Source: Lama guanicoe (taxonomy: Eukaryota). From it: a DNA stretch of 64,000 nucleotides. The position numbers and the translations under genes are program-made. The notes under the pieces are model-generated. The model was given only the letters and a program-made list of their open reading frames with translations. It did not search any database and was not told the DNA's origin. The DNA lies in assembly GCA_013239625.1 (NCBI GenBank), contig MU053934.1:1333285-1397284 (forward strand), in the 5' to 3' direction. Below are positions 1-13,800 of this stretch, piece by piece; the stretch's first letter is position 1; every line of letters begins with the position of its first letter.

Positions 1-735
1 CCCTCCTACACTACTGGTGGGAATACAGTTTGGTGAAGCCACTGTGGAACACAATATGGAGATTCCTCAAAAAACTAAAAATAGACCTGCCATATGATCC
101 AGCAATCCCACTTCTGGGTATATATCCAGAGGAAATTCTAATTCGAAAAGACACCTGCACCCCAATGTACTTAGCAGCACCATTTACAATAGCCAAGCCA
201 TGGAAGTAACCTAAATGTCCCACAACAGATGACTGGATGAAGAAGATGTGGTATATATACACAATGGAATACTACTCAGCCATAAAAACCGACAACATAA
301 CGCCATTTGCAGCAACATGGATGCTCCTGGAGAATGTCATTCTAAGCGAAGTAAGCCAGAAAGAGAAAGAAAAATACCATATGATATCACTTACATGTGG
401 AATCTAGAAAAATGATGCAAATGAACTTACTTACAAAACAGAAAAAGACACACAGATATAGAAAACAAACTTGCAGTTACCAGGGGAAGGGTGGGCAATG
501 GAGGGATAAAGTGGGAGTTCAGGATTTGCAGATACTATTATACATAAAATAGGTAAACAGTAGGGTCTTACTGTATAGCACAGGGAACTATATTCAGTAC
601 CCCATAATGGCCTATAATGAAAAAGAATATGAAAAGGAATATATATATATAACTGAATAAATGCTGCATGTCAGAAATTAACACACTGTAAACCAACTAT
701 ACTTCAATTAATTAATTAATTAATTTTTAAAAAAC
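1..735 (+). mobile_element. L1 LINE 3' end (ORF2 C-terminus + 3'UTR + tail), truncated by the window start
   Basis: Typical L1 ORF2 end (LPYDPAIPLLGIYP...KDTCTPM...TDDWMKKMWYIYTMEYYSAIK) with a premature TAA at 207-209. Artiodactyl-type 3'UTR (ctgtatagcacagggaactatattcag), then a (TAAT)n/A tail. Confidence 0.95.
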
Positions 736-959
736 AGAGACTAAATTCCCTGTGCCTGGCATTGTGCTTGGCTTATGTTATAGCACCCAATAAATGTCTG
801 TTGAATGAAAAAAAAAAAAAAGAAGGGATTGAGTATGACCCTTGGAGATTAAAATAAGCTTTGTGGAAGAGGTGACATTGCATCCTAGCTTTGAAGGATC
901 AGAGCTATTTCACTCTATGGGCTGTTGTCTGACAACCAGAAAAACCATCCTCTTCATCC

Positions 960-1400
960 CGGAGAGGTACAGACCAAGAGGAGAGGGATGAAAGCCACGG
1001 AATTCAGGACAAGCTAAGAGATGACAGTGGGCGCATTCATCAGTTCCTGATGGGAGGCAGGGACCCTCCTCCTTCCATCTTTTCTGTAGCTTGCATGATT
1101 TAAACCAAAACTTAAAAAGAAGCACCCGGTGGTGCAGCAGGTAATAAACTTACGGAATTCATTTTCCCAAGAGGCTGCTGAGGTGGAAATTTTAAATCAT
1201 TTCCCAAAAGTCTTAGTTAAATTCATGAGTGATTGATTCCTAGTGGATTATCAAAGCCTGTTAGGAAGAAATCCTTAAATTTTAAGATTGAAATCTTGGA
1301 AAACAGGTGTCCTCTGCTTTGATACTTCTCCCTACCCCTCTGTCATAGGCAAAATATTAGGCTGGTATATATTTCCAAGTTGACTCAGTGTGACAATGCA
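960..1400 (+). mobile_element. Ancient CR1/L3-type LINE 3' fragment
   Basis: aattcattttcccaagaggctgctgaggtggaaattttaaatcatttcccaaaagtcttagttaaattcatg and the downstream tail resemble the recalled CR1/L3 3' consensus. Confidence 0.6.
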
Positions 1401-1874
1401 ATTAGGGAATCACTGCCAGGAGACATCTGAAATAGCACTCTGGACCAGGAAGGGCCAGTCCAGGGCATGTGTGTCATCACTCCTCCTGACCGGTGCATAG
1501 CAGACATCACTAGTCTATTACAGCACCATTTGCTGCGCAGTCCCATTATAGCTCCAGACTCTTCCCTCGCATAGTCACGACTTGACCACCCCCAGTGGAC
1601 CCCACCTCTTCATGGAAGGTAAAAATAAGACTCAGGGAATAGAAGAGATTAGTTCAAGATGTTTGCTCCAGGGTTATCTCTTCAAAATCTCTAGGCTGGC
1701 CATATAGTATGGGAAGCCAATAAAACCCCAGTGTGCAGTCAAGGATCCATGCCTCTGTGCCAGGTGACTGAGAGATAGGTGATCCTGCAGTCCCTTCCCT
1801 CCTTTCCTATTCATAAATCTGCTATTTGCTTTATGTAATGAAAATCTGGACTTAGGAGATAATACATGAGAGTC

Positions 1875-1965
1875 AGGAAGAGGAGGAGGTGGCGGGAAGA
1901 GGATAAGATGGAGGAAGGATGAGCAGGAAGAGGAGGAGGACGTGGAGGAGGAGGGAAAGGAAAGA
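1875..1965 (+). repeat. Purine-rich (GAG/GGA)n low-complexity tract
   Basis: aggaagaggaggaggtggcgggaagaggataagatggaggaagg... seen directly. Confidence 0.85.
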
Positions 1966-1979
1966 ATCTTTCATGTATA

Positions 1980-2160
1980 CATTACATTTGACATTTTACA
2001 AACACATTTATATCTACTATTATTCTATTTAACTCTCACTATATCACCAGCTTCATAAAGAATGAAAAAAAAGTGAGGCTCAAGGAGGTGGAAGTTCTGC
2101 CTAAGATCACACAGCTCCTAAGTAGTAGAGCTAAGACTAAATCCTGGACCAGTTGAGCTC
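1980..2160 (-). mobile_element. MIR SINE
   Basis: MIR core-like gaggctcaaggaggtggaagttctgcctaagatcacacagctcctaagtagtagagc. Confidence 0.7.
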
Positions 2161-3864
2161 ATTTTCCTACAAACAAATTCATTTGGAAGCAAATCTCTCT
2201 CCTTGTGTCAGACACCCGAGTCTTCCATGGATGGAAGTGGCAAATCAGCTCCACCAGACCCTGTCTCCTGATAGCATGACTCATTCCCTTGGCTCAGACT
2301 GTTTCATCCCGGGCTCTCCTGCTGCCCAGAGAATGAAGACGTGTCTGTTGATGCACCAGCAGAGAACGTCATTCTGTGGCAGTGGAGAAGAGCACTCAGG
2401 TACCAGATGTCCGCCATCTCCAAAGTCAGATATCCATCCTTCTCTAATGATGATATTGGCGCCACTAAAAATAACCTAATTTGCCAGCTGCCTGATATTG
2501 ATTCACCCAACAAATATTTATTGAGTGTTTACTATGTTCTGGGCAGTGGGCCAGGGCCAGGGGGACAGAGCAGTGACAAGACAGTTCATGGAGGATAAAT
2601 AATGAATATGTTTATAAATAAATGAAAATCATTCCAGAAGAGACAAATGTGATCATGAGGGTCATCTGACAGATAGTTACTGGGAGATTAAGTAGGGTTA
2701 GCCTCCTTTAAGACAGATTTCTTTGAGAAGGTGACTTTTCAGCCAAGACCTTAAGGATGGAATGGAGCCATCCACGTAATCAGAAGAAGGACATCGCAAG
2801 CTTACACATGTCAACTCAAAGGCTCCAAGGCAGGAAGGCGTGTGTTCAAGGAGGAGAAGGTCAACAGGAAGCTAGGGCCAGAGTTGTTATTCCATTTGAA
2901 AGATGGGCAAACTGAGGCCTGGGATTTAGAGCAACTTGGCTAAGATCTCACAAAAATTTTTTAGTCATATAAGTTAAACAGACATCCCCAAGTGGATGGT
3001 GACGTAGTAAACAGTACCCCAAGGTCTTTGTCAAAAAGCAGCCTTCTCCACGGTTCAGGATTCACCCCTCCTTCCATTCAGTCCCTGCTCAGGGTCCTAA
3101 TATTCACAGAGTAACATCACAGTCAGCTCCCAGGCAACTGACTACGGTAGCACCAGATGGAGATGATAACCTGGGCGGTGACATGGCTACAAGCAAGGAG
3201 AAGAGATGCCCTCTGAACAGCAGAGCAACATTCTGTCTGCAAACGTCCTCCGCCAGCCAGAGAACAGAGAAGGAAACAGTCCATCAGCTGACATGGTCAA
3301 CGAGGCAGGTGGCTGGTTTATTTTTCCAAAGGCATCAGCTAATCTCAGGAGCTGGGCTAGGATTCCAGTTTGTGATGTCTATTGGGGGAAAAGTCCTTTG
3401 TGTTCTTTTCATCTTGGTTCAGCGAACAATTTCCTAGAAGATGCAAAAACTTGCCAGCCATCTTATCTAGGTGGCCCTGCTCCAGACCAATCTTTGCTGA
3501 CTTCCCTGCCTCCTCTTCTTCTCCTTTGACCAATCATCTAGATGTTTCCAACTGGAGTCACCAAGATGCTCACCTGTCTGCCCCCACAATAGTTGGACTT
3601 TTCTTCCAAATCATGATCCCGGCCTGGTGACCAAGATATTTCCTTTTGCCTTCTGACTAGGGCACAAGGAATAACTTCCTCATCAGGGTGAGATCCAAGG
3701 CAGAAATGACTTCTACATTGATGTGACCCAGATTTTGCAGTTTCGTCTAATGCTATTTCAAGTCCCTGGCTTCCTGACTGCTCTGTCTGCCATATTGAAA
3801 ACTGCAGGAAGATCAAACGTCAATGGGGCCTTTCCAGTAATCATGCTGCAGCAAGAACAAATCT

Positions 3865-4571
3865 TGTGCAGCCACTGTGGAAAACAGTATTGAGATTCCT
3901 CAAAAGACTAGTAATAAACTTACCATATGACCCAGGAATTCCACTCCTGGGCATATATCCAGAAGGAACCCTACTTCAAAAAGACACCTGCACTCCAATG
4001 TTCATAGCAGCACTATTTACAATAGTCAAGACATGGAAACAGCCTAAATGTCCATCAACAGATGACTGGATAAAGAAGATGTGGTATATTTATACAATGG
4101 AGTACTATTCAGCCATAAAAACCGACAACATAACGGCATTTGCAGCAACATGGATGTTCCTGGAGAATGTCATTCTAAGTGAAGTAAGCCAGAAAGAGAA
4201 AGAAAAATACCATATGAGATTGCTCATATGTGGAATCTAAAAAAAAACTGAAAAATGAACATAAATACAAAACAGAAACAGATTCATAAACATAGAATTC
4301 AAACTTGTGGTTGCCAAGGGGGCAGGGGGTGGGAAGGGACAGACTGGGATTTCAAAATTTGTAGGTACTGACAGGCATAAGTAGAATAGATAAACAAGAT
4401 TATACTGTATAGCACAGGGAAATATATACAAGATCTTGTGGTAGCTCACAGCGAAAAAAAATGTGACAATGAATATATGTATGTTCATGTATAACTGAAA
4501 AATTGTGCTCTACACTGGAATTTGACACAACATTGTAAAATGACTATAACTCAATAAAAAAGGTTAAAAAA
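3865..4571 (+). mobile_element. Young 5'-truncated L1 with a perfect 12-bp TSD
   Basis: Open ORF2 C-terminus 3866-4240 with native stop, 3'UTR, AATAAA and A-tail. TSD AAGAACAAATCT at 3853-3864 and 4572-4583. Confidence 0.97.
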
Positions 4572-5159
4572 AAGAACAAATCTCAATACGTTGATCCTCA
4601 TACTGATTCTCTCCTGCATTACCTGGAGAATAATTAGAATTATGATGATCTTTTTACTGTAGTCTCTTTACATCCTCAGTAAGCTCTTTAGACCCAAAGA
4701 GACAGACCCAAGAGAAGCTGGAAAGGCTGCTTCTGCCATAACAGCAAACCAGAAAAAGAACAGCCAGCCAGGAAGCCTGGTCGCCTGGGACACCAGAGGA
4801 AGGCTCCCTTGTGTCAGGGCAAATTCTTGCAAAGACTTGGAAATGAGCAAAGTCAAGTACCTCGTGTCCTTTCAGTGGGGTTCCAGGTGTTATCTAGTAG
4901 TAGGTCTCAAGGGGTTATCTGCTCCTCTTAGGACGAACACCTTTGAGAGACTTCAGTCAACGAGGCTATGCTGCAGCTCTGTAGAAGCAGAAGTTGTAGG
5001 AAGCTCATAGTAATGCAAATGGTCCCTGTGCGTGACAAGGGAAATGAATTTTATCTGGCAGAGCTATCATTGATTTCCACCCGGTAAGGCAAAAGCAACC
5101 CCAGCCCTTACACTGTATCACCCAACAGCCATGCAGACCACATGTCATTTGGGTCCTTC

Positions 5160-5480
5160 GTCCAAGATACTTTCAGGGAGACTGTTGGATCAAAACGATC
5201 TTCATAATATTATTTGCCTATGTTTCTCTCATTTTCTGGCAGGTGTGCAGCGGCGTTTTTCAGGGGCCACATGACTTGTGACGTTGCTAACATGGCCCTG
5301 ATGGCTAATGGAGGGAGTGCTTGTTGGCGTGCCCCTGCGTTTTTACATTTCCTCTGTTTTAAATTCTGATGTGGCAAATATTGTTATCTCTAACCCATGT
5401 AAACAGAAGCTCTTTGAGGTCCTCCATAATTTTTAAGAGTATAAAGGGGTCCAGAGACCCAAAGTTCTGAGAACTGTTAT
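5160..5480. mobile_element. hAT-Charlie (Charlie1-like) DNA transposon fragment
   Basis: Ends in ataatttttaagagtataaaggggtccagagacccaaagttctgagaactg, resembling a recalled Charlie1 terminus. Confidence 0.55.
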
Positions 5481-6869
5481 CCTGTGGAATATTAACTATT
5501 TTGTATCTATTAGCAATTTCATCTCAGCATCCCTATTTGGGTGTGTGTGTGCGTGTGAATTGGTTTTAATATCCTCCTGTCCCCATATTAATTAATGAGT
5601 TAAATAAAATTTGGGTTCACTTTACATCTGTATGAGTGTCATATTTTAACTCTTAGAAATGACACTTGAACACTGGGCTTGGAGTAGAAGAGGGGGAGGT
5701 GAAGGGTAGCCGGGGAGAAGGTCAAGGGGCTGGACCACGTTGAGGACACCCAGGCTGCGCTGAGATGGCTGCCATCCTCTCCCTGTGCCCAGCGGCGCAG
5801 AGCCGTGTGGGGATCAAGCCAACAATCCAGACCATTCCTCATCGTTCAAACAAGGCCACGCACAGATCCCGCACAGCAGAGGCAGGTCACCGTGGACTGT
5901 CCGGCAGCAAGACTCCAGTGCACGCCCAGAGGCTTGGCCAAGCCCGTCCAGAGTTTCCCACATGACAATCCCTCTATTCAATGGCCCTGGGCTTTTGCAA
6001 GCCCCTCCAAAACAAAAGTAAAGCTTCCTGACACCCAGAAGGGTGGTGGTGCTGTAAAGGAGAACGTCCCATTCCCGGCACTAAAGTGGGCGATGTCACA
6101 CCATCCCGTTTCCTGGCTTACCCTCCAGAGAAGCCACGAGACCTGCCCAAGGTGACCTCAACTCTTAGAAGAGGCGACAGGAATAGAAAGTGGGGGCCCC
6201 GCCTCCCAGCCCAGGGCTCTTTCTACTGCCTCATTATGTTGACAAACCCTGCTAATCCCTGTGCTCGGCTCTCCAGGGAATAAACACATTTGTAGCAGCT
6301 TTCAGAGCTCCCAGGAGGTGTGGACTCTGTAGCCCTTGTCACTGGCTCTGCTCTCGCGGGCTGCTTCCTCCCTGAGCCTGGGTTTCCTCACCTGATACTG
6401 GAGGTGAGAATAGAAATCAAATAAACCAGCCAGGAGTTGGGCCCATGGAGGGTGCTGAGCAGAGCCCTGTTCTCTTTAAATCAATCCCAACCTATTGCTC
6501 TGAATGGAATCCCAGGGCTGGCCAGGGGGGAGCAGGTGGGAGTGAGGGGTAGAAGGAGGAGAAGGAAGGGGGTAGTGATCCTCCCAGTCAAGTGGAGATG
6601 GTTGCACAGCAGACTATTTAAGGTAAACTCTTCAAGTGTGTGTGTGATATTGTGTGTGTGAGCACACGACATCCCTTTAATGTGGCAGACATGGCACCAT
6701 CAGTGTGTGAGAATTCCCATGAGCACGCACCACCCTGGGTGCTCACAGGGAACTTCGTCCCTGCAAGCTCAGCCCACTATGACCCTCCTTCATGGGGAGG
6801 GTCTAGGATGATGGGTGATGCGGAGGGAATATGACACCTGAGAAACTTAACTCATCCACATGGTGGGGG

Positions 6870-7205
6870 GTGAGTCTCCAAACTACGACCTGGGGGCCAA
6901 ATACAACCTTCTGCCAGCTTTTTGTACAGCCCCTGAGTGACGAATGGGTTTTAAATTTTTAAATGGTTGAAACAAAATCGAAAAAGGATAATACTTCATG
7001 ACCCATAAAAATTACATGAAATTCAAATTTCAGTGTCCATAAATAAAGCTGCACTGAAACACAGCCACGTTACCCAGTTACTTATTGTCCAGAGCTGCTT
7101 CGGGGCTACAGGGGCAGAGCTGAGTGAGCATAATCAAAATAAGTAAGATACCCAAAGCCTAAAATATTTCAACTCTAGCCCTTTACAGAAGTTTGCCAGC
7201 CCTGA
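6870..7205 (+). mobile_element. MER58B-like hAT-Charlie MITE
   Basis: caaactacgacctgggggccaaat...aaattacatgaaattcaaatttcagtgtccataaataaag...ctttacagaagtttgccagccctg. Confidence 0.8.
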
Positions 7206-8047
7206 TCGATGTCATAAGCTAAAAGAGAGGTAATACAGAATTCAGGCAGGATGAGTGAGAGGAAGAATACGGGGGGAGGGGGGAGTTAAGGAGGGAGATA
7301 TTTGGGGGTGGGGGGAAGCAGCTGGCCTCACTGTAATGATATTGAGAGTATCTGAGCAGATCTTTAGAATGTTTTTGTGTCTTAGGACTATTCCTCATCA
7401 AAAGTCATTTAACATGTTTTGTTTATGGATACAAACGTATGTAGTAAAAATACGAAAACACATATGAGAGCAATACCACCAAACTTAAGACAATGATCCA
7501 AGACAGGGGTGGGGGGAATATGAGAGAAGGGGGAGAAGAAGCTATAACAGTAATATATGATTTGTTAATTTTTTTAATTTATCTATCTGAGGGAAATAAG
7601 CTGATAAGCAATAAAAGATGAAAAGATTCTTTAATGATATAGATAAAACCAAAGGATTGATTTTTTTAAAGTTGCCTCTGGCGTGCAGGACTGGGGACAT
7701 AAAAGGTCAAGCAAGAGAGTCTTGGTCATAAGCTCTTCATGTGTGTTTTTTCTGGTTACTCTAATATGTAAAACCATTTTGCCCTGAATCTAAGATGTGC
7801 AATTTTGTTTCACGCTTTAGCCACTCTGAACTAAGGATGCATTTTACAATGATTGTAGAACACAGTTAAATTGTCAGAGTTCTTTTCTTTCTTGGTGCTA
7901 CAAAAAATATATATTGACTCATAACTCATAATCCATGGTATCTTAGATCCTCTTTTAACGGGACAAACAAATAAAATGGAGTCTCTTCTTTGGCATCCCA
8001 TCAAGAGACCAAGAGAAAAAGCAGTACTGTTTATTTCCTTCGGGTTG

Positions 8048-8381
8048 TGTTAAAAGATAAACTGAGGTATATTAAACGTCTTAAGCGTTTATTTGAGGAA
8101 AAGTCTATTTAAGTGGGAAGCCCCAGACAGGAAGTGGTTAGTTAGGTGCGCTCCACCAACAGGAGCCTGGAGAGAGACTTAAAGAGAAGATGCAGAAACA
8201 AAGGAAGGAAATTATTGATTGTCTACACTTTAAAGCCCAGTTGGCTGTTTGTGGTTGGTTTTAATTCTGTAACTTTGACATGCTTACAGGGTTAGATTTT
8301 TGGTTTGCTTACATAGGCGGTCGTGGAATTGGAGATACCTAATTAACTTAACAATTCATTCATTGCTCAATTAATTTAACA
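8048..8381. mobile_element. Solo ERV LTR (ERV1-like), 334 bp
   Basis: Inverted termini TGTTAAA...TTTAACA. 4-bp TSD GTTG (8044-8047) / GTCG (8382-8385), differing by one CpG-type transition. Confidence 0.75.
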
Positions 8382-9189
8382 GTCGACTGAAGGTGTCTCT
8401 TGAGTGAGACATTGCATTGAGCCTGGGCCACATGGAGCCCCAAGACTTATCCGTGTTTAATTATCTGATGGGAGGAGAAGCACAGGAGAGCTTGGATCAT
8501 GCACATTGTTTATGATCATCTCTCCTCAGAAAAAAAAGAAGAGAGCAAAAACCATATTGAGTCATTTTGATTCAGAAGATGTGATGAATCAGAGGAATCT
8601 TTGTGCTGGTCAGCGGAACCTGACTTGGAAGAAAAAATTGTCCTAATTCCTAAGTGTTATTAAACTTGGTCTCACAAAGTAAAATAAAGTACAGAGCCAG
8701 AAGTAATTAGGCTCTCTTTCCTCTGAGTGGGTCTTAGAAGTAAAAAATTCTCTAAGAAGCAAGCCCCCTGCTTCCTGATACAACCATCACGTGGGAGACA
8801 GAGCAGACAGCAAATAGTGCTCCGGAGAGTAGAGCTGGGGGCAGGAGAGATGGTTATGAAAGATCTGAGCCTCAGGTCAGAGACCGGGACTGCAGAGGTT
8901 AGCACAAAAAATCCATCCTGTTCAGATGAAACCCTGAGACTCAACCCAGCTCTTCCATTGTCCTTTCCACCATGTGACAAAACAGAAAACTGAGGAGGCA
9001 GGCAGCCCCTGGAGCTAGGTAAGGATATGCCATTCCCTTGATTTAAGTGTTTAGTTTAAGAGCGTTGAGTTCAGCAGATCCACGTGAGTAATTTGTGGAT
9101 TCTTTCATTCAACAGACATTTTTTGAGCAAGCACTGGGCAGTCGTCTAGGTACCTAAGATGGAGCCCTCTCCCCTGGTTCTTACATCCC

Positions 9190-9400
9190 CTCAACTTAAA
9201 CGCTACATACATTATCTCCCTTAATTCTCTCAAAAATCCTGTGAGGTAGGTACAGCTATCATCATCCCTGTTACAGATGTTGAAACTGAAGCTCAGAGAG
9301 GTTAAGTCACTTGCCCAAGGTGACCCAGCCAGTAAATAACAGAGCTGAGAGTGGAACCCACAGCATCAGTGCTCAGAGTCTCTTCTCTTAACCATTCCAT
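9190..9400 (-). mobile_element. MIR SINE
   Basis: ttacagatgttgaaactgaagctcagagaggttaagtcacttgcccaaggtgacccagccagtaaataacagagctg is a clear MIR core. Confidence 0.85.
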
Positions 9401-12400
9401 GTCACTCCTCTAGATGGTAGTGAAAATGAACCCCTGAAAGTTGCTCTGCTCTCTTGGAAGTCATTCTGAAACAGGGGATAAACGCCTGGGTTTTGGAAAT
9501 CAGACAGGAGTTAGAATTCCTTCCCACTGCTGGGTTCTGTCTCCGTGAAGGCAGGGACCATGCCTGGCTGGGCACCTTTGGGTCCCCTAGCATCAAGCCG
9601 AGGACATAGCAGGTGGTCACTAAATATTTACTGATTGAATGAGTGAGTTCATTTACCAATGGAAAGATCTTGGAAGAATCCCCTAATCTGTCTATCCTCT
9701 GGTTCCTCACATGTATTAACTCCTCCTTACAGAGATACTGTGAGGACGCAGTGAGGTTAGGTATTTCAGACAGGTAACACGATGCCGAACCCCTAGTAAG
9801 AGCTCAGTAAATACGTCTACTGCCCCTGCTGGAGTGCAGGCAGGTGCTCTTAAGGAACATGGACTCTGGCTTTGGAAGACAAATCAGCACATATCAGAGA
9901 CATTTGTTATTTGGGGGCAGGAGCAGAGGAGTGATGAGAGTGGTCCAGAATGCACTTCTGACGCTCAGAGAAGATGTGCACTGCCCCCAAGATCACACAG
10001 CCAGCTCGTAGCAGGGCTAAGCACAGGAGATTGGCATCCATTTTTGATGCAGGGAATTAAAGAACCACTGAAAAACATGTATGACCTCCATAAACCAGGG
10101 AAGTGATGTGAAAAGAGGAGGAAATGGAATTTCCTGCTGCCTGGAGCAGCCATGGGACATCACTCCTTGAAGGAAACTAAATAAACAACGGAGAGACTTG
10201 AAAGCTGGGTTGTCGGCCTCCAACTGGAGTCTCCCCCTCCCCTCCCCATAGACTGCCCAGCCCGGGGCTGCCAGCCCCACAAGGTGCTCTCTGGAGCTGG
10301 TGTACCCTCCCTTGCCTTTCCAGGTGAATGCCTTCCATGATCTTTCCTCCCTCTCACCATGGTTGGGCATCTGTGATTTCCTAAAAGGGACACTGAACAA
10401 AGCAGAGGGAGCTGGGTCCAAAGAGACATCTAAACTCTTCAATAAAGGGCACAGGACTGCCCCCGGCCATCAGCCTGCCCACCGGCCAGAGTACAGGAGC
10501 AGGGCTTGGCCTCTCTAGTTGATCTTGAAGGGGTCTGGGGCATTTGCGGGGAGGGTCCAGGGTATCCATGCTGTGAGGGAGAGGAATTTGGGTGCTTGCA
10601 ATATCAGTGACTGTTTATGTACCACCAACAAGGAAATATTTCCATCTTTGAATACTCAGTATCCGCTGAAATTCAGCATTGACTAAACCCAGAGACCTGG
10701 CCACCTACCACCTCCTGGATGGACATCTCCAGGGCTCCAGCTGCCGTTCAAGGCCCTCCAAGATCTGACCTCTGCGTCATCGCTTTCTAGGTCCACTCCC
10801 CACGGCCTCTCTCTGCATGAGGCTGTGTGATGTTATGGAAAAGCCAATGGCTGTGGAGGCGGGAAGATCTGGATTAAAATTCTTGCCCTGCCACTTGCAA
10901 GCTGACAAACCAAGGTGAACTTGGACTACATGCTCTGAGACCGACTTGTCACAAAGGGTAAGTAACCCTTCAAACACCCAGCCCTGTGCCAAGCATCTTA
11001 CTTGCTCGTCGAGTCCTCACAACCACCCTAGGAAGTAGATCCCCACCCACAGCCCTGTTTTACACACTGGGAAACTGAGGCACCAGGACCAGTTCAGTAG
11101 CTCCCCCAAGGTCGTCAGCGTCCAAGTTGCCGGATGAGAACTCTGCCCAAGGTCAAGCCTGTGCACTAAGCACATCATTACACGGCCCGCATTAAGCGGG
11201 GGCACCTAAAGTAAACTGAAAACAGGCACCAACGGTGCTAAACCCTCCATGCAGGCAAATTCCCTCCAGTACACATGCCCCCAAGCACATCAGGTGGGAC
11301 CCCACCTGCGTCCTTCCTTTACATAGTCTCACCTGCCTGTGACGCCACTTCCTTGCTCTCCTTCAACCCATGCCCTTGTATCCACAAAGCAGCAAGAAAC
11401 TGGTAGAAAAAGTCAGATGGGCGGTACCGATCCCAAGCCCATGGGATGGGGGGTGGGGGGTGCGTCCTTCCTCCTCCACTGACCAGCTGCCCGGCCTCGG
11501 CTACGCCCTGCCCCTCTCTGGGTCTCAGTTTCCATATCCAGGTCAGAAGCAACAGCACCTAACACACAGGGTTGTAGTAAAGAGTTAACAACGAAAGTCC
11601 GTATGCACCGTGAGGAGCTCACTGCAGGCTCGGGAAACTCTGCTGCCAGGAGGGAGGCTCTCCCACTGCCCAGAAACTGCCTAGTGCAGCCTCCTGTCGG
11701 TCAGCATCGATGTGGATCATTCAGGAAACGTTTCACGACAGGATCCAGCGAAGCGGGAGGTACTGGCCTACTGGTGAGTCCCCGGCTGCACCTTGGGTGT
11801 TCTGTCTCCAGCTGGGAATCAGGCAGCCTTTCTCGAGGAAAGTCAAGGCCCCTTAAAGGTAGTTCTACAAGATCCCCCAGCCTCCCCCTCAGGGCTCCTC
11901 AGAATTCCCACCCACGTTTCTCCATCACATAGCGTGGCCTTCCCCAGATCCCGCACAAGAGGCCGCCCTGGACAATGGAGCTGATCACAAGAGACTGACG
12001 GCCAGCCTCCTCAGCCACCCCAAGACACCTGCGCTGTCACTGACCCAGTTTGTAATTACCGCCCTAACAAAAGTGACTACATCCAACCTGGCGGCCTTGG
12101 AGCCTCGTGGAGATGGCAGTGCCCAGAGAGTCTGAGTCCAGGTCTCAGATTCATGGCTGCACCCCAATGGCCACATCAGCCACCTTGTTAACGGGAAGAG
12201 GGATCCTTAATTCTAGATGCAAAACAGATGTTGCCCCACCCATGTCTTCCCTGCATCCTTCCCTCCCCCAGCCAGGCTCCCACCGACAGCATCCTCCTGG
12301 CTCCTTCTACAACCACCCAGGCAAGGTCCAGTTTGAGCAGAGAGGGAGGGGTGGGCAGGGTGAGCGGAAGGGAGACTGGGGCGGAGGGGTGGTGGACCAC

Positions 12401-13544
12401 AGAACCTCAAAATCATTTCATGGGCTTCAACACTCGGGTCAGATCAGGGCAACGGTGGCAACACAAACCTTGCTTGGTTAAGACCACAGGTACCGGAGCC
12501 AGGCTGCCACTTACTCTATAAACTTGGACAAGTTATTTAACTGCCTGATGACTCAGTTTCCTCCTCTGGGGATTTAAAAAAAAAACATTTTCAGTGGTCT
12601 AGGTGGGGGCGGTGTGTTTCTGTGTGTATGAATTAAATTAGTAAACAGAGTAATGCATTTGACTCCGGCTGAACCTAAAATCCATGACCTTGGCCACTGG
12701 GGAAGGGATGCGGTGCCACCCTGCACACAGCCAGTCTGCTTATTATGGGATATGGCTGTTACAAGACATGAGGCAGGATGAACTGGGGAGGGCTAGGAAT
12801 GGGGTGACAGCATAGGAAGGGTTGGAGGCTCAGTGACTTGGACGAAAAGCAGATTCCCTGCAGCAATGAAAAAATAATTGATTTATTATTTACAACCGCT
12901 GTGCCCCCTGAGGAGGCAAACTCTGGTGACCCCGAGGCTTTTCTGTTCCTGTGCAGGAAAGAGTGTGCCTCCTAGGAGCAGCCCAGGCTGAGCTTAACTG
13001 CTTTGCCAAGGGAAAGGAGAGGGGTGGCAAGCCCCAGGAGGAGATCTGGGAGCATTCAGCTGGTTGGAAACGCAGGGCTGCAGCCAGACTCAGTGACCCC
13101 AAGGCGAGTCGCTTAACTTCTCCATGCCTCAGTTTCCTCCTCGGGAAATGGAGGAGCTATAGTCCCTTGTTCATTGGGTTTCTGTGGGAATAACATGGGT
13201 CCCTACGCACAGGGCGTCCAGAGCACTGCCTCGTCTGTGGCGAGGAGCCCCGAAGGTCTGTAATTCCCAAGGGGTACATCTCCATGGACTGCTTCCTTCC
13301 CCAAGAGAACCCAAAGCCTTTTCACCTTTGCAGAGGCTGCTCAGTTTAAGCAGCACTCTGGATCCCTGCTCCCTCCAGCTCAGCATCCTCCCTCTCCCCG
13401 TTACTATGGTGTCAGAGGTATGGAGACAGCATCCTCCAGAAATAAGGGGCGCCAGATGAGGAGAGCAACGTCCTGGAGAGAAGCCCACCCTCCAAGTCCA
13501 CCCGCATGGCAGAGCCTCCTTCCTCACCAGAACCAAGAAAAGAA

Positions 13545-13800
13545 ATTAAATGAAACCAAACGGTCCGTAATTAGAATGGCAATAAAAGCAGAGGGGAGGA
13601 GTAAGGCAGTGAACTCTATTAATAGTGCTAATAAATGTTCCAGGATAATATCACTGTGTTCTGAACCTGCCCGCGGGAGGTGTTGCTTACACTCATTTGC
13701 ATATTAATTTGGGAGGAAAATGTCGGGCTCTTTCTGCTGGGATAAATCAATTCCAGTGCAAGTTTTCAGATGGGAACCTGCTAATTCTTCTTCCCTTTTC
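13545..13800. promoter_or_regulatory. Putative distal enhancer / conserved non-coding element
   Basis: Unique sequence dense in motifs: TAATTA, GCAATAAAA (CDX/posterior HOX, 13579-13587), ATTTGCAT octamer (13695-13702), GATAAATCAAT (PBX-HOX/ONECUT-like, 13741-13751). Conservation not testable here. Confidence 0.4.

Noticed and set aside
3866..4240. 124-aa ORF as a host gene
   Set aside because: It is the C-terminus of L1 ORF2 in a 5'-truncated insertion.
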